Both the position numbers and the translations under genes were made by a program. A stretch of 64,000 nt of DNA from a virus: positions 7,853 to 71,852 of the IMG/VR virus record IMGVR_UViG_3300044691_000338; one strand, written 5' to 3'. Position 1 is the first letter of the stretch. The number at the start of each line of letters is the position of its first letter. Below the pieces are notes generated by a model. That model was given only the letters and a program-made list of their open reading frames with translations. It ran no database searches and was not told the origin of the DNA. Shown here piece by piece: positions 1-7,943 of the stretch.

Positions 1-2094
1 CTGATCCAGGGCCGTTTTGATCTGTCCGTTCGACCAGGCCTTATCGATGACCTCATCAGCCCGGCGCCGTGAATCATCCGTGGGCATGCCACCGCGGGTC
101 AGGATCTGGGTGTACGCCATCTTGTAGGCGTTCAGTGAATCGATTAGGCGAATGACCGCTTCGCCTCCGGTACCTTTCTCCGCCGCGAGCAACAGAGAAT
201 TGACCGTGGGAAATTTCGTCCGGTCGACCATATCGGAGGCGCGAAGAACCATCGGCGCGAACTTGCCCGCTTCCGCGATGCCCAGATCGATGCCGGCGCC
301 TCGAGTACCAAGCACACGTTCGGCGGCCAGGATGCCCATGAACTCGGCGGTGTTCGCCGCCAGGTCGGCACCAGACAGACCCTGCTCCTTGGCCAGTTTG
401 CCACGCCATTCGGCGATCTTGCGCATGCTGGCCTGATTGCGGCCCATGCCGACGGTGCCATGCCAGTCCCCGCGGAGGCTTTCCTCTGCGATCAGTTTGG
501 CCGAGTCGTCATCGATCGCGTTCGCGTCCTGCTTGCGCGCGGTCTCCTGGATCTTGGGATCAGCCCGCGCGATCTGCCGTTGTTCGGCGCGTTCCGCCTG
601 ATCGAGCGGGGTGCCGCGTTGTGTCTCCATGGCCGCGATGCGCTTGTCAGCGATGGACATAGCGTCTTCTTCGGCGGCCTGCCCGGGTGTCTTGCTCCCT
701 TCGGCGCGGGTGACCCCGAGGACTTTCCCCTCCATGGGCGTGCCATCGAGATTGAAATAGTGTCCGTCGTGAAACAGTGCGTCCTGCCGCACGCCGTTGA
801 CGGTCACTGGCATCGGTTTGCCGGCGGCCTGTTGCGCCGCGACCCGCGCGCCCGTGGTCGCCCCCGCCCGATCGGCGGCGCGCTTGTCCTCGGCCGCGAG
901 CGTGCGACGGTCCAGTTCCGCCTTTTCGTTGGGATCAGCCAGATTTACGGGCCGACCTAATTCCTTCTCATAGTCGGACCGTACAACATTGGTCACCGCG
1001 TCCCGGTCCTGATTGGCCGCGCTGGGCGCGCGCGGACCGGCGAGTTTCGTCGAGTGACCCTTTGGCGCGTAGGGCTCGCCATTCATGTCCAGGCTTTCGC
1101 CCGTACCCTTGCGATGCTGATAGTCGTTGCCTTCGGCGTCAGTCAGAATTTCCCAACCCTTGGTTGGATCCTGAAGGGTTTTGTTGGTCGCCCCGGCGAC
1201 CTGACGCATCCGCTCAAGTTTGACCTGATTTTCCCCCCAGTCCGAATGGTCTTTGCGGATCCCCGCTTCGATCGCGGCGTTGTCTGCGTCCTTCTGCGCA
1301 CCTGCGCCGGTACCTACCTTCGTGAAGCCGCCCTCTTCTTCCGGAGGAACGGACGAGCCATCACCGTACTGCAACCGCTTTCCAGGTTCCGCATTCGGGA
1401 AGGCAAATATGAGCCTTCCCTTTGAATCCTTGCCGATGGCGGCGCCCGCACGGCGGTTAGTGTCTTCGTCGCGCTTCTCCTGCCGTTTAATCCTCTCTTC
1501 CTCAATTCCTCGCTGCTTTTCCTTATCGCGCTCGGTTTCCCACTGCTGATAGGTCTGCACATGCCCGGCCGCTTGGACAGGATCGAACTGGCGCGGCCAA
1601 CTTTTCTGCTGTTCCTCAGAAAATCCGCCACCTTTCGCAAGACGCTCCTGTCCCTCCGTCTGAGCCTGCTGGCCGATGGCGCGCGCTGCCTGTTCGTCCT
1701 TACCGTCCGCGAGGGCCTGTTTGTATGCCGTGTAGGCTTCGTTCGAGACATCCTTGGTCAGTTCGTACTGCTTGGCGAACGTGTCCGTCTTGTATCGGTC
1801 CATCTGCAGCTTGTGTTGCTGCATCTCCAATGTGTTCTGCTGCAATTTCATCCCGGCCGCTGGATCGACGCCCATCACCCTGGACAGCGTGTCCGGCTTT
1901 GGAGCCCCCGTGGCAGGGTCGATCGCGTCCGGTGCGCCGAGGATGTCGCGCAATTTGTTGGCGCGCTCCACCTGCTGCTTGAACTGTTGCAGTTGAACAA
2001 GATTGTTCGCGTCCGAAATCGCCTTGCCGAAGTTTGGTCCGACGTTCGGTGTCGGCTGAAAACTCAAGGGGATTTGGGCATTGACGCCGGACAT
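1..2094 (-). CDS. Large DNA ejection/internal virion protein (P22 gp20/gp16 position), partial; runs off the left edge
   Basis: Not in the ORF track. Manual translation from ATG at 2094 (MSGVNAQIPLSFQPTPNVGPNFG...) is in frame with position 1; helical Q/A/K/E-rich; directly follows the gp7-like gene. Confidence 0.75.
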   Translation of the reverse strand, partial: MSGVNAQIPLSFQPTPNVGPNFGKAISDANNLVQLQQFKQQVERANKLRDILGAPDAIDPATGAPKPDTLSRVMGVDPAAGMKLQQNTLEMQQHKLQMDRYKTDTFAKQYELTKDVSNEAYTAYKQALADGKDEQAARAIGQQAQTEGQERLAKGGGFSEEQQKSWPRQFDPVQAAGHVQTYQQWETERDKEKQRGIEEERIKRQEKRDEDTNRRAGAAIGKDSKGRLIFAFPNAEPGKRLQYGDGSSVPPEEEGGFTKVGTGAGAQKDADNAAIEAGIRKDHSDWGENQVKLERMRQVAGATNKTLQDPTKGWEILTDAEGNDYQHRKGTGESLDMNGEPYAPKGHSTKLAGPRAPSAANQDRDAVTNVVRSDYEKELGRPVNLADPNEKAELDRRTLAAEDKRAADRAGATTGARVAAQQAAGKPMPVTVNGVRQDALFHDGHYFNLDGTPMEGKVLGVTRAEGSKTPGQAAEEDAMSIADKRIAAMETQRGTPLDQAERAEQRQIARADPKIQETARKQDANAIDDDSAKLIAEESLRGDWHGTVGMGRNQASMRKIAEWRGKLAKEQGLSGADLAANTAEFMGILAAERVLGTRGAGIDLGIAEAGKFAPMVLRASDMVDRTKFPTVNSLLLAAEKGTGGEAVIRLIDSLNAYKMAYTQILTRGGMPTDDSRRRADEVIDKAWSNGQIKTALDQ

Positions 2095-2099
2095 GCTGT

Positions 2100-2975
2100 T
2101 TATCCGATCGGGGTGAAATTATCCGCCTGATAACCCGGCACGGTCGCGTTCGGATTGGACGCGGACGGGAATGTCCCGTCACCGAATTGAGTGCCGAAGG
2201 TGCTGTTCAGGCTGTTCGCGCTGAACGGACCACCTCCGCTGAACAGGTTCATTCCCCCACCTCCGCCTCCACCGCCCTGCATCTGTGTGAGGATGGCCTG
2301 AAGCGCGTTGCTGAAACCGCCGGTCATCGCGTTCGCGCTGCCGACTTGTCCGGCGGCCAGCGCGTTCCCCGCGCCAATTGTGTTAGCCCCGGCCTGCGCG
2401 CCAAAACTCTGACCGAAGCCACCCTGGTTGACCGCGGCGTTCTGGCCCTGGTTCGCGACACCAGAGAGGTTGCCGATCTGCTGCTGCCAGGCAGACCCAA
2501 CATTGCCGAGATACTGCTGCCACCCCTGGTTCGCGTTCTGTTGCCCCACGCCAAGAAGCGCACGGAGCGCGTTGCCGCCAAGGCCACCGTTCGCCGCGGC
2601 GCTGTTGGTGACCGCATCGGTCCCCTGCTGAAGGTTGTACTGATACCCGGGAGAGGACTGAAACGTCGCCGGATTGATGCTGCCCGTGCCACCGGTACCG
2701 CCAGGACCACCAATCCCGAGCATTTGCAGCACCGGGCTGGTCGGCCCTCCCGCCGAACCGATGCCGAGCATCTTTTGCAGATCACCGAACGCGGCGGTGC
2801 CACCATGAAGGAATGGTGACAGGTTTTGGGTGGTCTGATTGTAGATTCCCCGCTGCATCTCGGTCGCGTTATTCGCGGCGTCAGCCTGGGTTTTGGCCGC
2901 TGATTTGGTCGCGTCCGCGCCAATCAGACCTGTCGCGACTGATCCAACAACGGATGCGGCTGCTGCCCACGGCAT
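2100..2975 (-). CDS. DNA transfer/ejection protein, P22 gp7-like
   Basis: N-terminus MPWAAAASVVGSVATGLIGA...AAKTQADAA, FQSSPGYQYNLQQG motif, G/A/Q/N-rich; synteny. Confidence 0.8.
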   Translation of the reverse strand: MPWAAAASVVGSVATGLIGADATKSAAKTQADAANNATEMQRGIYNQTTQNLSPFLHGGTAAFGDLQKMLGIGSAGGPTSPVLQMLGIGGPGGTGGTGSINPATFQSSPGYQYNLQQGTDAVTNSAAANGGLGGNALRALLGVGQQNANQGWQQYLGNVGSAWQQQIGNLSGVANQGQNAAVNQGGFGQSFGAQAGANTIGAGNALAAGQVGSANAMTGGFSNALQAILTQMQGGGGGGGGMNLFSGGGPFSANSLNSTFGTQFGDGTFPSASNPNATVPGYQADNFTPIG

Positions 2976-3085
2976 GTCGGGTATCTCCGGCGCATCGCGC
3001 CAAAACAGTGAGACACCCGTGTATTCCCGCCACGGTTCGGCGAGATCAGCCTAGCATTGTGCCAACGAAGTCAGCAACAAGACCG

Positions 3086-3328
3086 TCAGTCGACGACGAC
3101 GTCACCGATCTTCAGCGTGCCGGCGTCGATCAACTTCGCGTCGGTACCGGGATTGAAGGTCGTCATGGCGGGGAGAACCTTGATGCCGACCACGCTCCCA
3201 ACCGGGACGTGATACGTCATTTCGCCCTGTCGAACGACGCGGACTTTGGTGAGAACGATTGCCATCGGCTTCGGTGGAGCGTCAGGCGCGGCTGGTTTCG
3301 CGTGCGCAGCTGCGATGGATGCGGACAT
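3086..3328 (-). CDS. Hypothetical protein (80 aa)
   Basis: GGAG RBS before ATG 3328; co-oriented in the late operon. Confidence 0.6.
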   Translation of the reverse strand: MSASIAAAHAKPAAPDAPPKPMAIVLTKVRVVRQGEMTYHVPVGSVVGIKVLPAMTTFNPGTDAKLIDAGTLKIGDVVVD

Positions 3329-3341
3329 GGTGTGGTCTCCC

Positions 3342-4664
3342 TTACTGAGGTGTGCCCCAAACGGTGATGCAGCCAGCCGACGCGGCGAGAACGCCGGTCG
3401 TGACCATGCAAAGGCTGTCGCCAGCGGCGAGCGTGATATCGGCCAGTGTCGCACTGAGCGTAAGCGTCTGATTGGTGTTCGCGGTCCCGGTCAGATCCAT
3501 GGATGTGCTGGTCAGCGCCGTTCCGCCAGCGGGAGCCGTACCACTTGCCGCCTTGACGATCACAAGCGTCGCGGCACCCCCGTTCACGATGTCGGGCCTT
3601 CCTATCACAGCGGTCACTTGCATTTCGCGCGTGGTGGTGAAGATCGTCTGATTGTTGAGTTGCGCGCCGGCCACCCAGGAATAAGCGGCGACGATCAGCG
3701 AGGGATCGTTGTTGATCCGCATGGTCCCTGGGGGACTGCCGCTTCCGAGATTGATCTTGGCGTTTCCGCCGGCGCCACTGCCGCCCGCGTTGCCAGGCTG
3801 CACGATGACATCGCCGGCTGCACCCGATCCGGTGCTTTGGCCGCCGTAAAACGCCGCAGCGCCCCCTGCGCCTGTACCGTAGCCAAAGCCGCCCGAGAAC
3901 TGGGCTCTTCCTCCTATCCCGTTTGTCGCGAATGCCCCAGCGTTACCACCATTGAATATGATTGACCCGCCTACGGAATAAGTCCCAGAGCCCCCGTTGC
4001 CCCCACCGGCGAAGATTTCTCCGCCATAGGTGTTAACGGTTCCAGTACCGCCGGACCCACCGTACATCTGGACAGATTCGCCCGACGCCGCGGCAGAAGA
4101 TGGAGGTCCCAATCCCCCTGTCAGGAGAATCCCGGTTCCAGCCACCGAACCAATCCCCGGCGCCCCAGTGATTGTCGTCATGTTGGTAATCGCGGACGGG
4201 CTTGATCCACTGGCGACGACCCCTTTGAACGTCAGCGTGCCAACGGAGGCAATCGTGTGGCCGGTATCGTCCTCAACGGTCAGACTGGTTCCGCCGCCGC
4301 CTCCAGTGCAACACACCCCAGACTCAGGTGTATAGACGAACGAACCGCCCACCGGCACCGGATCAGCGGTCGCTGTCGTGCCGACGATCCAGGTGTTGGT
4401 GCCGTCGAACAACTGCAACGTGACAGTGTGCGGCACGGTATCGTTGTTGAAGAGCCGGATTTCCTTGACCTGGCGCGGTGCGTCGGTGACGGGCGCCGCG
4501 ACGACGATGACCGGCGTCGTACCGTTCGATTTCTCGTTCTGATTGCCAAGCGAGAAATTGTTGATCATGCTGTCGGCGTATGAGGCGGTGATATCGCAAT
4601 CGTTGGTGGTCTTGGCCTCACCGAGGACGATCCGCAGGACCTTCAAGGTGGTGTCGAGATTCAT
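3342..4664 (-). CDS. Gly-rich tail fibre/spike-like virion protein
   Basis: About 7 periodic Gly-rich repeats (VQMYGGSGG, IFAGGGNGG, IIFNGGNAG, AQFSGGFGYG, AAFYGGQST...), beta-rich N- and C-terminal domains; tail module position. Confidence 0.65.
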   Translation of the reverse strand: MNLDTTLKVLRIVLGEAKTTNDCDITASYADSMINNFSLGNQNEKSNGTTPVIVVAAPVTDAPRQVKEIRLFNNDTVPHTVTLQLFDGTNTWIVGTTATADPVPVGGSFVYTPESGVCCTGGGGGTSLTVEDDTGHTIASVGTLTFKGVVASGSSPSAITNMTTITGAPGIGSVAGTGILLTGGLGPPSSAAASGESVQMYGGSGGTGTVNTYGGEIFAGGGNGGSGTYSVGGSIIFNGGNAGAFATNGIGGRAQFSGGFGYGTGAGGAAAFYGGQSTGSGAAGDVIVQPGNAGGSGAGGNAKINLGSGSPPGTMRINNDPSLIVAAYSWVAGAQLNNQTIFTTTREMQVTAVIGRPDIVNGGAATLVIVKAASGTAPAGGTALTSTSMDLTGTANTNQTLTLSATLADITLAAGDSLCMVTTGVLAASAGCITVWGTPQ

Positions 4665-5174
4665 TTACATTCCCCAATAAACGATGGCTTTGACCATAGC
4701 CATGCTGACGACACCGCCACCAGAGGGCGTGACGTTCAGCACATTACCGAACAATGACAAATCAGTGCCGAGCAGGATCGCACCAGGAGGCTTTGCGTCG
4801 GGCCCTGGATTTCCGGACAGCGTGCCCGCCGGGATGGCCAGCGCCGCCAGCGTGCCACCATTGAATGACAGTGACGGATCGACCACCTGCGGCTCTGGTG
4901 GCGCTGGTGCGTTCGTGCTGTTGCCCAGGATAGTCAGAGGCGGGCTGTTCGCCAGGGTGACGGTAGACCCGGAATTGATCGTGCCAGGTGTGATCACGCT
5001 GTTCGGCGCGATGGTGACCGGCTTGCTCAAGGATCCCGAATTGACACCGAGCGTGTTCCAGAACCGCCACCATGTCCGGTTGACCACCATATTGCCGGTG
5101 GGCTTTCCGTCACCGCCGATTTCCTGTGTGCCGACGGGCTCTTTTGGAGTCGGGATGTTCGGCGATTGCGCCAT
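4665..5174 (-). CDS. Putative tail-associated virion protein
   Basis: N-terminal P..PV...RTWWRFWNTL motif typical of the gene following gp10-like hubs; P/T/G-rich. Confidence 0.5.
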   Translation of the reverse strand: MAQSPNIPTPKEPVGTQEIGGDGKPTGNMVVNRTWWRFWNTLGVNSGSLSKPVTIAPNSVITPGTINSGSTVTLANSPPLTILGNSTNAPAPPEPQVVDPSLSFNGGTLAALAIPAGTLSGNPGPDAKPPGAILLGTDLSLFGNVLNVTPSGGGVVSMAMVKAIVYWGM

Positions 5175-5650
5175 CAGTCCGGCTTCAGGATCGCGTCATC
5201 GACCTTGGCCGCGTCTGTCTCATCGGTCGGATGGATGCAGAACCAAACCGCGTCGGTATGAGCAAATAGCGTGTGATGCTCGCCGGCTTTGATCGTTAAC
5301 GCACGCGGACCAATCATCTGCTGCGATTGGTCGCCCACCTGAAGCGTGATCACTCCGCTCGCCAAAATGGAAATATGATCGTAGGGGTGCGCGTGCGAGA
5401 CCATCCGAAAGCCGGACGGGATATGCAGTTCCTTCGCGTAGACGCCCTTGGCCTGGTCCTGCCCGACGAAGTGATGGTGGATGTTCGCCGCGGGGAAGAC
5501 GTCGGCGAAGGGGCGCATAGGTGGAGCTTCATCTTCGCCATATGATGGTGGCGCACCGGCCGCGCGCATCCTCGAGTACGCCGCCCTTTCTTCGGCGGGC
5601 GTCTTGGCGTTCCAATAGGCGGCAGTCGCCTCGTCGAGTTCGATGGTCAT
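5174..5650 (-). CDS. Cupin-fold protein
   Basis: GVYAKELHIPSG...SHAHPYDHISILASG...GEHHTL cupin metal-binding His motifs. Confidence 0.8.
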   Translation of the reverse strand: MTIELDEATAAYWNAKTPAEERAAYSRMRAAGAPPSYGEDEAPPMRPFADVFPAANIHHHFVGQDQAKGVYAKELHIPSGFRMVSHAHPYDHISILASGVITLQVGDQSQQMIGPRALTIKAGEHHTLFAHTDAVWFCIHPTDETDAAKVDDAILKPD

Positions 5651-6213
5651 ACGTCACCTTCGATTTTACGAAAGCACAATATGAGGACGATCCGCTCCGA
5701 TTCCCCATCGTTGCGGACGGAGTGCGGGATCAGGTTGTCATGGTGCCACCCCTCGCCGGGCTTCCAGACCATGCTCTCGTCTTCAACTGTGTTCACGCAC
5801 CGGTCGTTGCCGCGGAGGACCACCCAAACCTTGGTCGAATAATATCGAGCATGCCAGGCCACGTCGTCATCGTGCTCGTACACGCGGCACCCCGGCGGTA
5901 TCCGGGTCATGAGCACGCCGCCGAACTCCAGCGGCACGTCCAGCGCGTCCATCACGGTCATCAGCACGTCAGGCAGTGACGGCAGTTGCCGATAGGCGGG
6001 CCACCACACGGACTTGTGCGGCTTCTGGGAGAACTCCGGTTCGAGCATGGCCTCGGGTGAGGCGTACCGAATCCAGAGGTCGGAAGTTTCTCGATGCGGT
6101 GAATTACCGAGGCGCCGCTCTGGTCGATCGTTCCATAGGCTCGGCTGCGCATCGAGTTCGGCCAGCAACGGCGCGACGTCGATGTCCTTGGCGATCAATT
6201 TGAAGTGGCTCAC
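5647..6213 (-). CDS. Aspartyl/asparaginyl beta-hydroxylase family 2OG-Fe(II) oxygenase
   Basis: TRIPPGCRVYEHDD (HxD), WHHDNLIPHSVRNDGESERIVL (distal His and 2OG-binding Arg). Confidence 0.85.
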   Translation of the reverse strand: MSHFKLIAKDIDVAPLLAELDAQPSLWNDRPERRLGNSPHRETSDLWIRYASPEAMLEPEFSQKPHKSVWWPAYRQLPSLPDVLMTVMDALDVPLEFGGVLMTRIPPGCRVYEHDDDVAWHARYYSTKVWVVLRGNDRCVNTVEDESMVWKPGEGWHHDNLIPHSVRNDGESERIVLILCFRKIEGDV

Positions 6214-7943
6214 GAGACGTCAACCTCCGCGTCGATCAGAGCGATTTTGAACGGATCTGTGCTGCTCAACTCGAATATACGATCCGAGCCGCTGAACCGC
6301 GATGTCGCTCCAAGCCGGTTCGCCTTGATGGTGAACGCGGTCTCTCCAGACCGCCCGACCGGCAGCATGCGATAGTTCGACCAAACATGCCCGCCATCGT
6401 CCGACCAGCGCAGCATCACCTGCGGGTTCGTCCCCTGCGGCACGCCGGCGCCGGTTTGCATCTTGATCGCGAGATAGCTGTAGCGATCGGCCGCGACCGT
6501 GGTGGCGGGCAGCGCGCGCCAACGCCTGATCCATTTCCGCGGCGTCCCATTGTCCAGATATGTGGCCGGATTGAACCCGTAGAGGTTCCCGCTGCGATAA
6601 TCACCGAGCACGCCTTGCCCCGGCCCGCGCGTGCTCCCGCTGGTGACTGACCCGGAGGTCCCCGGGGGATCGGTCGCGCCATGGACCAGAGAGCCGCCGC
6701 TCTCCGCGAAGGGACCGCCGCGGCCGTTGTTGAGCGCGAAACTGGCTGGCGCACCGGTATTGGTCAGGAACACCACGGGAGAGACGCCAAACGGGAGTTC
6801 GCCATTGACCCCGAGGTTTTGCGCGCCTCCCGTGGCCGAGATGAATTTCCGGCGATTGGCGGCCTGGGTCAGATCGACAAAGGCCCCGGTGTTCGAGAAC
6901 CACAACTCGGCCATGGTGGCGGAAACGACAGGGCCAACCGGGATCCAATAGACCGCGTGACCCGTGAACTGAGAATTCCCGACGGGTCTGGTGCCATCAG
7001 ACGAAATCGCCTGTACGCTGGGAATTGTATCGCCGGAGAGCGGAGGCAAGTCCTCGAATCCCGTCGCCAGTGTCCAATGCCATGCCTGCCCTGCGCCGAC
7101 TGATGATCCACGGCCGACCAGATGAAGCCCATCAGCCGATATACCATCGGCACTGCTGATCGTTTGGGAAAACGGGTTAGCCAATAACGCGGTCGTGCCG
7201 CTTGAGTTTACAAAAATTCTACCAGACCCACTAATCTCCATACCCCCGGCTATGACGGTGCCCGCGCTAGAAACCGAAAATGCCTGGCCCGTTGTTGCGC
7301 CGCCGGTAAATGGGATAGCGACCGCGGGACCGGCGGATGTCCACATGACAGGGGTATCCACTCCAAGTCCGCTGCTCACCCCGACGATCACATTGCCATC
7401 GGCGGACACCGCCAGAGCAGTGCCGCTCTCATCTCCCGACAGAATACCGAGCTGCACCATTCCGCCACCCGAAGTCCAAACAAACGGAAATTCAAAAACC
7501 GGCCCAGGCGGCCCACCGATAAGGTATCCTGGCATGTTGCTGGACGTGCCGACGATCGTCGTGCCATCCGCCGATATCGCGTTGGCCTGTGAAGCCTGCC
7601 CGGTCCCGAGAAAGCCCAGGCCAACCATGCCGCCGCCCGAGGTCCAGCGGAACGCTTCGCTGGTGGCGAGCCCAGCTCCATCCGGCAGTGATCCGCCGCC
7701 GTCACTTCTGCCGACAACGATGGTGCCGTCATCGGAAACCCCGGCTGCTTGCGATGTTGTGCCGGATGCCAGGAGACCGAGCGATGTGAATGTCGCACCA
7801 GTCCAACGAAACGCGATCGGGGAACCGCTGCCATCGAAATCCGCTGACCCGACGATGACCGTTCCATCAGCCGAGGCGGCGAACGCCACGCTGAATAGAC
7901 CGCTGGGGGGAACCCCCATATCGACCGCGACCCAGACCGTCAT
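6210..7943 (-). CDS. C-terminal part of a P22 gp10-like tail hub, fused behind HAF-repeat propeller and half of a LamG-like domain
   Basis: Repeats A..VSADG..IVG...AFRWT..GGMV.LG; AELWFSNTG...ANRRKFIS; C-terminal GDYRSGNLY...PQVMLRWSDDGGHVWSN...RIFELSSTDP of gp10 family; ATG 7943 overlaps upstream TGA (ATGA). Confidence 0.8.
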   Translation of the reverse strand: MTVWVAVDMGVPPSGLFSVAFAASADGTVIVGSADFDGSGSPIAFRWTGATFTSLGLLASGTTSQAAGVSDDGTIVVGRSDGGGSLPDGAGLATSEAFRWTSGGGMVGLGFLGTGQASQANAISADGTTIVGTSSNMPGYLIGGPPGPVFEFPFVWTSGGGMVQLGILSGDESGTALAVSADGNVIVGVSSGLGVDTPVMWTSAGPAVAIPFTGGATTGQAFSVSSAGTVIAGGMEISGSGRIFVNSSGTTALLANPFSQTISSADGISADGLHLVGRGSSVGAGQAWHWTLATGFEDLPPLSGDTIPSVQAISSDGTRPVGNSQFTGHAVYWIPVGPVVSATMAELWFSNTGAFVDLTQAANRRKFISATGGAQNLGVNGELPFGVSPVVFLTNTGAPASFALNNGRGGPFAESGGSLVHGATDPPGTSGSVTSGSTRGPGQGVLGDYRSGNLYGFNPATYLDNGTPRKWIRRWRALPATTVAADRYSYLAIKMQTGAGVPQGTNPQVMLRWSDDGGHVWSNYRMLPVGRSGETAFTIKANRLGATSRFSGSDRIFELSSTDPFKIALIDAEVDVS

